Made by a program: the position numbers and the translations under genes. This document shows positions 20,709 to 36,198 of a stretch of 64,000 nt of DNA, in pieces. Numbering within the stretch: the stretch's first letter is position 1; each line of letters begins with the position of its first letter. The notes under the pieces are model-generated. The model searched no databases. It saw only the letters and a program-made list of their open reading frames with translations, and had not been told where the DNA came from. The DNA comes from Bdellovibrionota bacterium (GTDB lineage Bacteria > Bdellovibrionota > UBA1018 > CAIPTA01 > JAALKR01): assembly GCA_965207455.1 (NCBI GenBank), contig CBDBMJ010000003.1:352001-416000 (forward strand), in the 5' to 3' direction.

Positions 20709-23539
20709 CAAAAAAAAATAAAATTGAAGATTATATTGTTATCAAACGTGCAAGAGAGCATAATTTGAAAAATATTTCCGTTGACATACCCAAAGAAAAA
20801 TTTGTGGTAATCACGGGACTTTCTGGATCTGGAAAATCTTCTTTAGCCTTTGATGTAATATATGCGGAAGGACAACGTCGTTATGTGGAAAGCCTCTCCA
20901 CTTATGCACGAAAGTTTTTAGATCAATTCACAAAGCCCGCTGTGGATTCCATTGAAGGATTATCTCCAGCCATTTCAATTGAACAGCGAGGAGTGAATAA
21001 AAACCCAAGATCCACCGTCGGCACTATTACAGAAATCTATGATTATATGAGACTTCTCTTTGCAAAAATTGCTATTCCCTATTCCCCAGTAACAGGAAAG
21101 AAACTATCTTCCCAATCCCCGGAAAAAATCTTGGAAAGAATAATGGCCCTAAAGGAAAATACCAAAATACAAATTCTCGCTCCCATTGTTTTAGAGAAAA
21201 AGGGCGAGCACAGAAAAGAAATAGCCTTTGCTCAAAGCGCTGGTTATACAAGGGCAAAAATAGATGGAAAAACCATAAACCTAGATGAAGACACCTATTT
21301 AGATAAAAATAAAAAGCATAATATTTCCATAATTATCGACCGTATAACTATTAAAAAAAATATTGAACGTAGACTCGCCCAGTCCATAAAATCCACCCTA
21401 AAACAAACTTCAGGTCTCTTGACCGTGGAACTTCTAGACAGTGGAGAAGAAATAAAATTTAACACGAGATTTTATTGTCCAGAGAGTGGAATGAGTTTTC
21501 CAAAACCAGAACCTCGTTTGTTCTCCTTCAATAGCCCAGTCGGTGCTTGTGAAAAATGTAATGGTCTTGGTTATAGAACTAGATTCGACCCCGACCTCAT
21601 CATACAGGACAAAACGAAATCTATTTTAGGTGGTGCACTGGAAGCCTGGTCAGGGAAAAGTGCAAGCCAGCTAACTCCACAGATGCAAATACTGGAAACG
21701 CTTAGTCATCACTATAGTTTTGATTTAAAGATGCCCTATTACAGACTCAGCGATAAAATAAAAACCATGCTTTTCTTTGGGAGTGGCAAGGATGAGATTC
21801 AATTTAAAATAAAGGGACGTACCTCCACCTACCGCTCTTTGCAAAAATTTGAAGGAGTAATAAACGAATTTAAAAGAAAATATAAAAACGCTAACTCCAT
21901 AGAAGAGTCGTTCTACGAAAAGTTTTTATCTAAAATGTCTTGCTCTTCCTGCAAGGGAGCTCGCCTAAAGCCGGAAACACTTGCTTTTAAAATAAATAAA
22001 AAAAGTATCGCAGAAATAAACCTAATGCCCGTGGATTCGTTAAAAGAATTTATTTCCTCCATTACATTAAGCGAAAAGGAAAAGAAAATTTCCTCGGATA
22101 TGGTAAAAGAAATATCTGCTCGCTTGGTTTTTTTAAGCTCCGTAGGTCTAAACTACCTTTCCCTATCTCGACCCGCAGCCACTCTCTCCGGTGGAGAAAT
22201 TCAAAGGGTGCACCTTGCCACTCAAATTGGAAGCTCTATCACTGGAGTTCTCTACGTTCTAGACGAACCCTCCATTGGCCTGCACCAACGAGATAACAAC
22301 CTTTTATTAAACTCACTAAACACTCTCAAATCCAGAGGTAACTCTGTTATCGTCGTGGAACACGACAGGGAAACAATCGAGGCCGCAGACTTTATTATAG
22401 ACATGGGCCCAGGTTCTGGCATCAACGGTGGAAACATTATGTTTGTCGGCACGCCCAAACAACTTGAAAAATGTAAGAAAAGTGTCACTGGCGCCTATCT
22501 AAGAGGAAGCAAGAAAATAACCCATGCAAAGAAAAAAAGAAAATCTAATACAAAAATATCTTTAATCGGTTGTCAACAAAACAACTTGAAAAATATTTCC
22601 ATAGATATACCTCTAGAACAACTCATTTGTTTTACTGGGGTCTCTGGTTCGGGAAAATCTTCTTTGGTAATTCAAACCCTGGTTCCTGCCATTAAAAATT
22701 TGGTGTATAGGAGAAAACACCGGAGCACAAGTTTAGAAAGAATTACAGGTTTAGAAAATATTGATAAAATTATCAATGTGGACCAGTCGCCCATTGGCCG
22801 TAGTCCACGCTCCAACCCAGCCACCTATTCCGGACTGTTAACTCATATACGAAACCTCTTAGCAAAAACAAAAGAGGCTAGCATCCGAGGATACAAGCAG
22901 GGGCGATTTTCTTTTAACGTAAAAGGAGGACGATGTGAAACCTGTGAGGGTGCTGGACATATCAAAGCAGAGATGCATTTTTTGCCAGATATATTTATTC
23001 CTTGTCATATCTGTAATACTGCTCGCTTCAACCGGGAAACCCTCACTGTTCGCTATAAGGGCAAAAATATTGCTAATATTTTAGATATGACCATAGAGGA
23101 AGCTCTGAAGTTTTTTTCCACTATCCCTGCCATAGAAAAATATTTAAAAATCTTATCCGATATTGGTTTGGGCTATATAAAACTAGGACAATCGGCAACA
23201 ACTCTCTCCGGCGGGGAAGCCCAACGCATGAAATTAGCCAAGGAACTATCCAAGCGCCCAACGGGAAAAACTATTTATGTATTGGACGAACCCTCCACAG
23301 GGCTGCACTTTGCCGACATTGAAACTCTTTTAAAAGTACTCCATAGGCTGGTGGATCGGAAAAACACCGTTATTATCATTGAACACAACCTTGATATTAT
23401 TAAGCATGCGGACTATATCATCGACATGGGACCAGAGGGAGGAAACCTGGGTGGAGAAATCGTAGCCCAAGGAACCCCTAAGGAAATAATCAAAAGTAAA
23501 AAGAGCTATACAGCTAAGTATCTTAAAGAATACCTATAG
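20705..23539 (+). CDS. uvrA: Excinuclease ABC subunit A
   Basis: [22 protein letters not shown], two ABC cassettes and zinc fingers. Confidence 0.98.
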   Translation: MTKKNKIEDYIVIKRAREHNLKNISVDIPKEKFVVITGLSGSGKSSLAFDVIYAEGQRRYVESLSTYARKFLDQFTKPAVDSIEGLSPAISIEQRGVNKNPRSTVGTITEIYDYMRLLFAKIAIPYSPVTGKKLSSQSPEKILERIMALKENTKIQILAPIVLEKKGEHRKEIAFAQSAGYTRAKIDGKTINLDEDTYLDKNKKHNISIIIDRITIKKNIERRLAQSIKSTLKQTSGLLTVELLDSGEEIKFNTRFYCPESGMSFPKPEPRLFSFNSPVGACEKCNGLGYRTRFDPDLIIQDKTKSILGGALEAWSGKSASQLTPQMQILETLSHHYSFDLKMPYYRLSDKIKTMLFFGSGKDEIQFKIKGRTSTYRSLQKFEGVINEFKRKYKNANSIEESFYEKFLSKMSCSSCKGARLKPETLAFKINKKSIAEINLMPVDSLKEFISSITLSEKEKKISSDMVKEISARLVFLSSVGLNYLSLSRPAATLSGGEIQRVHLATQIGSSITGVLYVLDEPSIGLHQRDNNLLLNSLNTLKSRGNSVIVVEHDRETIEAADFIIDMGPGSGINGGNIMFVGTPKQLEKCKKSVTGAYLRGSKKITHAKKKRKSNTKISLIGCQQNNLKNISIDIPLEQLICFTGVSGSGKSSLVIQTLVPAIKNLVYRRKHRSTSLERITGLENIDKIINVDQSPIGRSPRSNPATYSGLLTHIRNLLAKTKEASIRGYKQGRFSFNVKGGRCETCEGAGHIKAEMHFLPDIFIPCHICNTARFNRETLTVRYKGKNIANILDMTIEEALKFFSTIPAIEKYLKILSDIGLGYIKLGQSATTLSGGEAQRMKLAKELSKRPTGKTIYVLDEPSTGLHFADIETLLKVLHRLVDRKNTVIIIEHNLDIIKHADYIIDMGPEGGNLGGEIVAQGTPKEIIKSKKSYTAKYLKEYL

Positions 23540-23599
23540 GGGGGTGCGGCCGCTTTTTATGCGGCTCCCTTTTGCTGTTTTATTACTGTTTTGCTTCTA

Positions 23600-23902
23600 T
23601 TACATCGTAATAGAGATCAACCATGCGAAAATCGCAAGGGACTCTACGAAAGCAATTCCAAGAATCATTGGCGTTTGGATCTGAGCCGCTGCGCCTGGAT
23701 TTCTTGCAATACCCTCTAGTGCTGCAGCAACAAGCTTACCCTGTCCTAGAGCTCCACCAAGGGCTGCCAGTCCTATACTTAGTGCTTTTGCCACATAAAA
23801 TAGCCCAGGCTTTTCTCCCTCTGCAACTGCTTCTTCAGCAAACGCTAGGAACGGGATAAAAAATACTGTGGCTCCTGCTAGTATCATCGTCATTTTTTTC
23901 AT
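23600..23902 (-). CDS. atpE: ATP synthase F0 subunit c
   Basis: GLAALGGALGQG, ARNP loop, FVESLAIF; N-terminal extension. Confidence 0.95.
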   Translation of the reverse strand: MKKMTMILAGATVFFIPFLAFAEEAVAEGEKPGLFYVAKALSIGLAALGGALGQGKLVAAALEGIARNPGAAAQIQTPMILGIAFVESLAIFAWLISITM

Positions 23903-23939
23903 ATTCGTATCTCCTTTTTTTAGTCTTTTTCAGTTTTAG

Positions 23940-24638
23940 TCAATGCGCTGTCTCTCTCGCCATAACAATATACACCATTGTAAGCAAACTAAAAACAAAT
24001 GCTTGAATAAAACAAATCAAAAATCCTAGAAAATAAAACGGTATGGGTATGATGAGGCCAAAGGGAGCCAAATCCGTCATTACATTTAAAATCATGTGGT
24101 CTCCTTGCATATTTCCTGATAGTCGCAATCCTAAAGAGAGGGGGCGAACCATATGGCTTATAATTTCAATGGGTAAGAGGAGCCAGGCCATATACCAAAC
24201 GGGCCCTAAAAAATGCTTTAGATAGGAAAGCCCTCCGCTCCGTATGCCCTCGATATTATAATAAAAGAAAACAAAGAGACCACAGGCAAGTGTCTTATTC
24301 ATATTGTCCGTTGGTGGTGTGAAGCCGGGGATAAGTCCCAGCAAATTACTGAAAAGAATATATAAAAAAATCGTTCCCACTAGAGGAAAGTACCTTTTTC
24401 CATCTTTTCCAAGAACACGCTCGCACATACTTAAAAGACCTTCTGCGACCATTTCAAAGGCATTTAAAAAACTAAGCTTCCTGTCTGGTACAAGGACGTT
24501 CCCAACAGAAGCCAACCTGAGACGTGCGATTCCAGCGAAAGAAAGTAAAATTATGGCAACGGAGGACGACCCCAGCAAGTGCACGGGTAAGACCTCTGAA
24601 AAGGGGAGATAATTAAACCAATTAAAATGATGTTCCAT
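23940..24638 (-). CDS. atpB: ATP synthase F0 subunit a
   Basis: NLLGLIPG, RPLSLGLRLSGN, IQAFVFSLLT. Confidence 0.96.
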   Translation of the reverse strand: MEHHFNWFNYLPFSEVLPVHLLGSSSVAIILLSFAGIARLRLASVGNVLVPDRKLSFLNAFEMVAEGLLSMCERVLGKDGKRYFPLVGTIFLYILFSNLLGLIPGFTPPTDNMNKTLACGLFVFFYYNIEGIRSGGLSYLKHFLGPVWYMAWLLLPIEIISHMVRPLSLGLRLSGNMQGDHMILNVMTDLAPFGLIIPIPFYFLGFLICFIQAFVFSLLTMVYIVMARETAH

Positions 24639-24643
24639 AATAG

Positions 24644-24880
24644 CTATTTCTCATTTTGCACTTTACAGTACACAATTACTCTACGAATAGAAAGACCCAA
24701 ACCCAAGAAAGCTCCAAAAATACCAAGATAGGTCTCAATTTCTGTGCTGCCTAAAAAGGAATCTAAGAAAGAACCCAGCCAGGAGTTTAGCCAAAAGCCC
24801 CCTGCCACATAACAGAAGATTTCCACCGAAAGTGCTCCAAAGGCAGCCATTTTTTTTGTCCACGTCGGGTCTAATAGCAT
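24644..24880 (-). CDS. AtpZ/AtpI-family small membrane protein
   Basis: Two hydrophobic segments; directly upstream of atpB. Confidence 0.6.
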   Translation of the reverse strand: MLLDPTWTKKMAAFGALSVEIFCYVAGGFWLNSWLGSFLDSFLGSTEIETYLGIFGAFLGLGLSIRRVIVYCKVQNEK

Positions 24881-24947
24881 GATTTTCCTCTATTCCTCTT
24901 TAACAAGGACATATTATTCATGGCATTATATCTGTTTTTTTGCCACC

Positions 24948-25310
24948 TCATCGGCTCCTCCTCGTACCAAGAGCAAAATGAAAAAGTGCTCCTAAAAAAG
25001 CAGCTAGTCCCATCATAAGTCCCGTGGCTGTTTCCTTGGGTAACCAATATATAGAGGAGAGTAGAAGGATCAAACATAACGCTTTACCCAAAAGTAGGAA
25101 AATAAAGCTTCCTCGCCCCTGTTTCCCATCCTTTGCGAGCTCACTTACTAAACCTATGGTGAGTTGGAATAAAGTAGCCAGAACGAGAACGCCGGAGAGT
25201 ATAATTCCCACTTGGTAGAGGGGGTGGATCGCTAGGGATATGAGGCTAATACATAGAACCCAGATGGATAGAATGCGCCAAAATCGTCGCTGTTCCTCTT
25301 TTTTTTGCAC
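24948..25310 (-). CDS. ATP synthase protein I-like membrane protein
   Basis: Four hydrophobic helices; position in the operon. Confidence 0.6.
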   Translation of the reverse strand: MQKKEEQRRFWRILSIWVLCISLISLAIHPLYQVGIILSGVLVLATLFQLTIGLVSELAKDGKQGRGSFIFLLLGKALCLILLLSSIYWLPKETATGLMMGLAAFLGALFHFALGTRRSR

Positions 25311-25318
25311 TTATTTGC

Positions 25319-26119
25319 CTACCTTTGGCGAAAAATTTTTCTTCGTTTAATTTTTTTCATCTTCAACATAACCACGGAAGGAACAGGATAGGTATTTTTA
25401 ATGCCTGCAAATAGATCGTAGGCTTTATCTAAATTATCTAACTCCTCATAGCAGGAAGCTAGGCCAAATGAAATAAAGCTTCTTTGCTCTTCACTTTGTT
25501 TTTCATTTTTTAAGAGTTTTTTATATTGTTTTACCGCATATTTACAATTCCCATTGGAACTCATGGCGTTGGCTATTGCTAGCTTTGATTTTTTGGCATA
25601 TTTACTTTCAGGATATAGCTTAGCCAACCTACTAAAAACTTTTATGGAATTATCAAACATCGACAGTAGAAAAAAGGATCTTGCTATACGGTACAAAAAG
25701 AAATCTTTTTCTACTTTTGACGAAAAATCTTTCAACAAAATTTTATAATTTCTTATGGCTAGCCTATAATTTTCAAATTTCTCAAAATACATGGCCGCAA
25801 CTATTTTTCTAACACGAAACGAAAATTCCTTATTTTTTGTTTTTTCCAACAGGCGCTCGTATGCTTTTAAAGCAATCAGTGGTTCTTTTGTATAAAGATG
25901 GCGAATAGTTGCTACTCTATACAAAGACTCCAGCCCTAGTGTAGATCCCTGATCTTTTTCAAAAATTTTTTGAAACTCATGGGCAGCTCCCTCATATTTT
26001 TTATCCTTAAAGAGTTGCTCTGCCAGTTCAAACTGGTTTTGAGAACTGTTAATATTACAGGCTGTGAGAGTAAAGAGAATGAAAAGAATTGAAACAATTT
26101 TCGTCTGTTTACTTTTCAT
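25319..26119 (-). CDS. Tetratricopeptide-repeat lipoprotein
   Basis: Lipobox LTAC; several TPR-like helix pairs; overlaps the gyrA stop. Confidence 0.8.
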   Translation of the reverse strand: MKSKQTKIVSILFILFTLTACNINSSQNQFELAEQLFKDKKYEGAAHEFQKIFEKDQGSTLGLESLYRVATIRHLYTKEPLIALKAYERLLEKTKNKEFSFRVRKIVAAMYFEKFENYRLAIRNYKILLKDFSSKVEKDFFLYRIARSFFLLSMFDNSIKVFSRLAKLYPESKYAKKSKLAIANAMSSNGNCKYAVKQYKKLLKNEKQSEEQRSFISFGLASCYEELDNLDKAYDLFAGIKNTYPVPSVVMLKMKKIKRRKIFRQR

Positions 26120-28547
26120 CGGTTTCTTTTTCGACTATGGGCTGAACAGCCATCAATTTTTCCGTTGGCTTTAAGCGAACAAGACGAATGCCCTGAGTAT
26201 TTCTGCCAATAGTGGATATTTCTTTCATTCTTGTTCGAATGATTTGCCCCGTGTCCGTAATCATCATTAAATCGCTGGAATCATTGACTGCATGTATGGC
26301 CACCACAGGTCCATTTCTTTCTGAAACTTTCATATTAATGATCCCCTTGCCTCCCCGGCTTTGAAGACGATATTCCGATGCTTTTGTCCGTTTTCCATAT
26401 CCATTTTCTGCCACGGAGAGAATATCAATTTCTTCTGTCTTACCAATAACAGTCATTCCAACTATGGCATCCTTTGGAGAGAGGGACATGCCCCTAACTC
26501 CGGCGGCTGCTCTACCCATGGGTCGTATATCTTTTTCATGGAATTTTATAGCAAGCCCATTCTGAGAGCCTAAAATAATGTAGCTGTCTTCCTTTGTATA
26601 AATCGCATTCACCAATGCGTCTTGGGCGTTGATGGTAAGGGCATTGATACCTCCTGGTCGCGGATTGGAGAAGGCGGAAAGAGTTGCTTTTTTCACTGTT
26701 CCTTTTCTTGTGGCCATTACTATAAATCCTGGAGTGTTAAAGTCATCGACGGGAAGAACAGAGCAAACTTTTTCTTCTTTGGATAATCTAAGAAGATTCA
26801 CTATGGCTTTTCCTCTAGCTATCCTGCTAGATTCCGGTATTTTGTGTGCTTTTAACCAGTATACCCTACCTAAATTGGTAAAGCATAAGATATAGGATTT
26901 AGTTTTTGCCATGAAGATATCTTTCACAAAATCTTCACCTTTCATGGCCATTCCCTTAATTCCTTTTCCACCTCTGCGTTGAGCAGTGTACAATTCCGGA
27001 GAGTTCCGTTTGATATAACCTTGACTAGAGATGGTGATAATCATTTCCTCGTCCTGGATCATATCTTCTTCTTCTATACTTTTAACTTCGCTTATTATCT
27101 CTGTTCGTCTTGGAATACCATATTTATCCTTTATCTCCTTACATTCTTCTTTTATGATGTCCAAAATCATTTTTTCAGTGGAAAGAATTTTTTTATAGTA
27201 TTTAATTTTATCATTTAATTCTGAAAATTCTTTTTCTAAGTTGCTTGTTTCCAGACCTGTCAGTCTTTGAAGACGCATATCTAAAATAGCTTTTGCTTGT
27301 ATCTCTGTGAAGCTAAAACTTTTCATAATCGCTTGCCGCGCATCTGCTCCATTTTTTGATTTTTTTATCAAAGCAACAATGGCATCCACATTACTAATAG
27401 CTTTAAGTAAGCCACCCACAATGTGTAGTCTTGCCTCTGACTTTCGTAACTCAAAAGCTGTCCTTCGTACCACCACTGTTTTTCTATGCTGTATGAAGAA
27501 ATCAATAATTTCTTTTAAGTTTAAGACCCTTGGTTGCCCATTATGTAATGCCAATAGAATAATGCCAAAGCTGTCTGAAAGCTGGGTCAACTTATACAGA
27601 CAATTGATAATAACTTCTGTATTTTCCCCTTTTTTAACATCAATAACAACTCGCATGCCCTTTCGGTTGGACTCATCTCTAATGGCACTAATTCCTTCTA
27701 CTTTCTTCTCTTTGTAGAGAGAGGCTATTTTTTCTATTAACTTTGCTTTATTTACTTGATAGGGAAGTTCCGTGATAACAATTTTATCTTTTTTTCCCTC
27801 TTCAACATGAACTTTTCCTCTAATTTTAATAATTCCGCGACCATTCCTATACGCATTTGCAATTCCTTCTGAACCAGTTATGTAACCTCTTGTGGGAAAG
27901 TCCGGGCCTTTTATGATTTTCATCATGTCCACTATTGTGGATTCCGGGTGACCAATAGTGTAAGTAATAGCGTCCAACACCTCTGACAAGTTATGGGGTG
28001 GAATATTTGTGGACATACCAACAGCAATACCAGATGAACCGTTTACCAGTAGGTTTGGCGTTCTTGCGGGCAGGACACTTGCTTCAATAGTGGAGCCGTC
28101 ATAGTTAGGTACAAAATCTACAGTTTCCTTTTCAATGTCGGCCAAAAGCTCGGAAGCAATTCTGCTCATTCTCACTTCTGTGTATCGCATGGCTGCTGCG
28201 GAGTCTCCGTCTATGGAACCAAAGTTTCCTTGTCCATCTATGAGTACATGGCTCATGCTAAACGATTGTGCCATTCGAACAATGGCATCATAAATTGCAG
28301 TATCTCCATGGGGATGGTATTTTCCCATAACATCACCAACCACACGTGCAGATTTTTTATAGGGTCGATTCCATTGGTTCCCTATCTCATGCATTGTATA
28401 TAGTATTCTTCGGTGTACTGGTTTTAAGCCGTCACGCAAATCGGGAAGTGCTCTGCCAACAATTACACTCATGGCATAGTCCAAATAGGAAGTATGCATT
28501 TCTTTTACAATGTTTACGTCTGTAATGTTTGCTTGCTTTTCTGTCAT
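26109..28547 (-). CDS. gyrA: DNA gyrase subunit A
   Basis: [28 protein letters not shown], GyrA-box QRRGGKG. Confidence 0.99.
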   Translation of the reverse strand: MTEKQANITDVNIVKEMHTSYLDYAMSVIVGRALPDLRDGLKPVHRRILYTMHEIGNQWNRPYKKSARVVGDVMGKYHPHGDTAIYDAIVRMAQSFSMSHVLIDGQGNFGSIDGDSAAAMRYTEVRMSRIASELLADIEKETVDFVPNYDGSTIEASVLPARTPNLLVNGSSGIAVGMSTNIPPHNLSEVLDAITYTIGHPESTIVDMMKIIKGPDFPTRGYITGSEGIANAYRNGRGIIKIRGKVHVEEGKKDKIVITELPYQVNKAKLIEKIASLYKEKKVEGISAIRDESNRKGMRVVIDVKKGENTEVIINCLYKLTQLSDSFGIILLALHNGQPRVLNLKEIIDFFIQHRKTVVVRRTAFELRKSEARLHIVGGLLKAISNVDAIVALIKKSKNGADARQAIMKSFSFTEIQAKAILDMRLQRLTGLETSNLEKEFSELNDKIKYYKKILSTEKMILDIIKEECKEIKDKYGIPRRTEIISEVKSIEEEDMIQDEEMIITISSQGYIKRNSPELYTAQRRGGKGIKGMAMKGEDFVKDIFMAKTKSYILCFTNLGRVYWLKAHKIPESSRIARGKAIVNLLRLSKEEKVCSVLPVDDFNTPGFIVMATRKGTVKKATLSAFSNPRPGGINALTINAQDALVNAIYTKEDSYIILGSQNGLAIKFHEKDIRPMGRAAAGVRGMSLSPKDAIVGMTVIGKTEEIDILSVAENGYGKRTKASEYRLQSRGGKGIINMKVSERNGPVVAIHAVNDSSDLMMITDTGQIIRTRMKEISTIGRNTQGIRLVRLKPTEKLMAVQPIVEKETDEK

Positions 28548-28550
28548 AAT

Positions 28551-32179
<3,629 letters not shown>

Positions 32180-32185
32180 TAAAAA

Positions 32186-33295
32186 CTACAAGCGCATGGG
32201 CATCAGGACACAAAAATATCCTTCATTACCAGAAATTTTAATTACGCCAGATTTTTTTGAATCATTTAAAAACAAAGTTGCCTTTTCCCCAGAAAAACCA
32301 TTTATACTATCCATCAAGTATTTTAAATTAAATCCTATTTCCATGGAATCTCCTGTAAACCCAACCTTTATTTTTTCCCTAGCAGTACCCATATCTGGAT
32401 TGCTTGTTGATATTTCCATTTCATTTTTACTAATGGATAGTTTTATCGCATTCGTCTTTTCACTTACTAGTAAAGACATTCGTCGTAAGGCCACTAATAA
32501 CTCTTCCTTGTTCATTTCAACCTCAAGTAAACTTTTCTCTGGAACTACTTTCTTATAATCAGGAAAATTACCTTCAATCAAACGTACGTATAAATTCGTG
32601 TCTCCAGAATTAAAAATTAAATGATTATTTTTCAGGAAGACCATCCAGTTTTCATTATTGATGTCTAAAAGTTTTTTTAATTCTTGGGCACCTTTTCTTG
32701 GAATAATAATTCCCTTTTCCCAAAAGTTTGGAACAGTCTCAAATAACTCTTTTTCACAATAGGTTAAGCGGTGACTATCTGTAGCTACCATAAAATATTT
32801 ATTGCCTTTGCCCTTATCCAAATAAATACCATTCAAGTGATAACGGGTTTCATCGGTAGAAACAGCAAACAATGTGTGGCTCAACATTTCTTCTAATGGC
32901 TTTACATAAATGGGGACAGCCTTGGTCATAGAAAAATCGGGGAGTGTGGGAAAATCTTCTGGTGAACAACCCATAATATTAAAATTAGCTGCTCCACAGT
33001 TTATGGAGACCCAATAATTCTCCTTGGATAGAATCTCCACTTCCTCATCGGGAAGCTCTTTCATAATTTCGAAAAACCTTTTTGCAACAATAGTAAAACA
33101 ACCCTCTTCACTAACTTCTACGGGAATGGAAGTTTCTACTGAAATATCTAAGTCCGTGGCTCTCATGGTTAGTCTTCCATCACTTGCCTGTAGATAAATA
33201 TTTTCTAAAATAGGGGCTGTGGTACGACGCACAGTTACAGAGACTACCCTCTGTAACCCTTTTAGGAACTCTTTTTTCGGTGCTTTTATATGCAT
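32186..33295 (-). CDS. dnaN: DNA polymerase III beta clamp
   Basis: ATDLD, ATDSHRL, RLIEGNFPDY, C-terminal LMPMRL. Confidence 0.97.
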   Translation of the reverse strand: MHIKAPKKEFLKGLQRVVSVTVRRTTAPILENIYLQASDGRLTMRATDLDISVETSIPVEVSEEGCFTIVAKRFFEIMKELPDEEVEILSKENYWVSINCGAANFNIMGCSPEDFPTLPDFSMTKAVPIYVKPLEEMLSHTLFAVSTDETRYHLNGIYLDKGKGNKYFMVATDSHRLTYCEKELFETVPNFWEKGIIIPRKGAQELKKLLDINNENWMVFLKNNHLIFNSGDTNLYVRLIEGNFPDYKKVVPEKSLLEVEMNKEELLVALRRMSLLVSEKTNAIKLSISKNEMEISTSNPDMGTAREKIKVGFTGDSMEIGFNLKYLMDSINGFSGEKATLFLNDSKKSGVIKISGNEGYFCVLMPMRL

Positions 33296-33856
33296 AATTT
33301 TTTTCCCCTCTTTAGGCTTTTTACCCCATCTTCTACTAAAGTTTAATCTTTATTAAAATTTAATGGTTGTTATAGGCAATGTGGATATGTGGATAAGCAA
33401 AAAATATAATAAATAATAGGGACTTATCCAAAAAATGGGGAAAAAATGCTCTTGGATAATAAGTATACAATTGTGAGTAAGCTGACAGCATATAGAAAAA
33501 TAGAAAGATTCACATGGATATCCAGAATTTATATGTGGATAAAAACGAAAAGCCCGAGTTTTTCATTTCTCTTTTCAGAAAAAAGGCTCCAAAGGAAAGC
33601 ATTTTCCACTTTATCCACAAAAAGAAAGTTTTTCCTCCAGTATAGAGTCCGTATAGAGAAGAAAAGGCTGTGGTTTTTGGGGAATACTAACCTAAGTAAT
33701 TAAAAGTAAAGAAGAAAATAGGAGGATTTTTATTTATTTAGCAGGGCATAAATGTGGTGAAAAAGTCGGCCCAATGGCAAAAAAAGGAAGGATATCCATA
33801 CAAAAAGAAAGATATAAAGAGGATATCCAGAATGTATCTACAATGGGAATTTGCTT
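33296..33856. promoter_or_regulatory. Replication origin oriC (dnaA-dnaN intergenic)
   Basis: Perfect DnaA boxes TGTGGATAA (33388, 33534) and TTATCCACA (33611); near-matches at 33380, 33424, 33451, 33602; AT-rich. Confidence 0.88.
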
Positions 33857-35284
33857 TTATAGTTGGAGCTTATTTTGGATACTTTCAATGGAATGACTAA
33901 GTTCGCTGTCGGACTCTTTTTCTTTTTCAATTTTACGTATTGCATAAATAACCGTGGAGTGATCCTTTCCTCCAAAAAAAGAGGCAATCTCCGACAATGT
34001 TTTTTCCCCATGCTTTCGAATTAAATACATGGCGATTTGACGCGGTTTTGAATATTTTCTTGCCCTGGATCGAGAATCCAAGTCCGAAGGAGAAATTTTA
34101 AAGTACTCACAGACCCCATCCTTTATGGATAGAACACTGGTCATCTTTTTTTGATTGTGATGGAAAAGTTCGGAAAGAATTTCCTTGGTTGTCTCCAATG
34201 TAATCTCAGTTCCGTTTATGGAAGCCTCAGCTTCTAGGCGAGTTAACGATCCTTCCAACTCCCTAATATTATTTTTTATATTGGAAGCAATGGTATGGCA
34301 AACGTCATCGGGCAAATATAAATCATCTTGTTCTGCCTTGGCCCTGAGAATGGAAATTCGTGTTTCTAAATCTGGAAATTTTATGTCGGCAACAAGCCCT
34401 TGTTGGAGTCGGGAAATGAGTCGCGGTTCTAAACCAACAAGCTCACTGGGTGGCTGGTCGCTAGTAACAATTACTTGAAAGTGGGATTCACAAAGATAAT
34501 TGAATGTATAGAAGAGCTCCTCTTGGGAACGAGTCTTTCCACCAAGGAACTGTATATCGTCGATAAGGAAAAGATCAAACTTCGAACGATAGCGATTTTT
34601 AAAATCACTCTGAGTTTGTTTTTTTGTGGCATCAATAAAATCCACAACGAACTGTTCAGCAGTTACGTAACAAATTTTTGCTTTGGGATTTTTCTTTAAC
34701 GTTTCCACAGCAATGGCATGGAGAAGATGGGTTTTTCCCAACCCCGAGTTTCCATAAATTAATAAAGGATTGTGCTTTCCATGGGGATTGGACACTACCC
34801 CTTGGGAAGCAAAATAGGCAAACTGGTTGCCCGATCCAATAATAAAATTATCAAAGCTGTACCGGGTGTCCACGGGCTGACCACGGGTCTTAATAAGACC
34901 ACTCGAAGATACCAAGGAGGAAAAGTCTTGCTCGTTATCCAGCGATGAGGAAGCCCTGGACTCCTTGTATGGAGTTACGGGCTTTGATTTAGAAGTGGTT
35001 GATTTTTCAGTGGAATAAATAATGGATAGGCGGTTCCCCGTAACAGTTTCCACCACACTGAAAATCTTTTTTTCCAGATTATTCTTCACATAGGTCTTAA
35101 AAAATTCATTGGGAACGGATAGGGTAAGGGTGGTCTTGTTAAAAGAAACCACGCTCAAGGGTTCCACCCAAGCCTGGAATTGGTCCGAGCCTATCGTCTT
35201 TCTTAAACGATCCAAAACAGACAACCAGAAGTCTGGTTGCTTGGAAGGAAATTTTTTATAAATGCCGTCTTTAAGAATTGCCAC
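33857..35284 (-). CDS. dnaA: Chromosomal replication initiator DnaA
   Basis: GNSGLGKTHL, LIDDIQF, RELEG, PRQIAMYL, GKDHSTV. Confidence 0.98.
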   Translation of the reverse strand: MAILKDGIYKKFPSKQPDFWLSVLDRLRKTIGSDQFQAWVEPLSVVSFNKTTLTLSVPNEFFKTYVKNNLEKKIFSVVETVTGNRLSIIYSTEKSTTSKSKPVTPYKESRASSSLDNEQDFSSLVSSSGLIKTRGQPVDTRYSFDNFIIGSGNQFAYFASQGVVSNPHGKHNPLLIYGNSGLGKTHLLHAIAVETLKKNPKAKICYVTAEQFVVDFIDATKKQTQSDFKNRYRSKFDLFLIDDIQFLGGKTRSQEELFYTFNYLCESHFQVIVTSDQPPSELVGLEPRLISRLQQGLVADIKFPDLETRISILRAKAEQDDLYLPDDVCHTIASNIKNNIRELEGSLTRLEAEASINGTEITLETTKEILSELFHHNQKKMTSVLSIKDGVCEYFKISPSDLDSRSRARKYSKPRQIAMYLIRKHGEKTLSEIASFFGGKDHSTVIYAIRKIEKEKESDSELSHSIESIQNKLQL

Positions 35285-35433
35285 TGTCTCTCTCTAATTT
35301 TAATAAATGGAACCTGTGAGAAGAATATTTAGCAAAAGCCGGCGATTTGGACAAGAAAAATTATAAAAATCATTCTTGACACATTGGCTGGATTTTTGAT
35401 AGATACATAGGAACATAATAGAGGAGACCCGTA

Positions 35434-35583
35434 ATGAAGCGAACTTGGCAGCCCAGTCGAAAAAAACGCATCCGAACCCACGGATTTCGGGAAAGAATGT
35501 CCACTCCAGGGGGTGTAGAGGTACTAAACCGCAGGCGTCAAAAAGGTAGAAAGCGCTTAGTCGTAACAACTGGCTCTAAATGA
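35434..35583 (+). CDS. rpmH: 50S ribosomal protein L34
   Basis: Not in the ORF track; translates [27 protein letters not shown]...[10 protein letters not shown] (49 aa); GAGGAG RBS. Confidence 0.97.
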   Translation: MKRTWQPSRKKRIRTHGFRERMSTPGGVEVLNRRRQKGRKRLVVTTGSK

Positions 35584-35936
35584 ATACTAGAAATAGTTTC
35601 GGTCCTAACCACCGCCTTTGCTCAAAAGAAGATTTCCATACTATTCACCAAAGGTCAAAGAGAAGGAATCTATCCAGCCTTTTTGTTCTCAGCCATAAAA
35701 AAAGCAGCCCCAACCCAAGGATAGGCATTAGCGTAAAACGAAGCGTGGGGTCTGCCGTCGCCAGAAACCGAATAAAACGGTTAATTCGAGAGTTTTTTCG
35801 AACAAATAAGAAAACTTTTTCCCATCAGGATGTGCATTTTGTTGTCAAAGTCCCCCAAAAAGGAATAAAAAGAGCCTATTACGAAAAAAAATTAAACGAG
35901 GATTTCGGAAATTTGGTTTTTCATGAAAAAAATTAA
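35580..35936 (+). CDS. rnpA: RNase P protein component
   Basis: [25 protein letters not shown]. Confidence 0.95.
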   Translation: MNTRNSFGPNHRLCSKEDFHTIHQRSKRRNLSSLFVLSHKKSSPNPRIGISVKRSVGSAVARNRIKRLIREFFRTNKKTFSHQDVHFVVKVPQKGIKRAYYEKKLNEDFGNLVFHEKN

Positions 35937-36198
35937 ATATATAGAGCAATTAGTAGCACAGACAGTCCTTTTTTTTCTCTCCATATACAAATGGGTGGGA
36001 TCCCCATTTTTTAGCGCATTGGGAGTGGAATGTCGTTTTACCCCCTCTTGCTCCCAATATATGAGAGAAGCCGTTCAGGTACACGGTCCTGTAAAGGGAG
36101 TGTTGCTGGGGCTATGGAGACTCCTACATTGTCACCCTGCTGGAGGGTGCGGTCATGACCCCGTTCCGGGCCGAAGACTGGAGGAAAAAAATGGATAG
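35923..36198 (+). CDS. yidD: Membrane protein insertion efficiency factor YidD
   Basis: CRFTPSCSQY...RLLHCHP...DPVP. Confidence 0.95.
   Translation: MKKIKYIEQLVAQTVLFFLSIYKWVGSPFFSALGVECRFTPSCSQYMREAVQVHGPVKGVLLGLWRLLHCHPAGGCGHDPVPGRRLEEKNG

Noticed and set aside
33446..33703. 85-aa ORF in the dnaA-dnaN gap
   Set aside because: Overlaps the DnaA-box cluster and has no recognisable protein features
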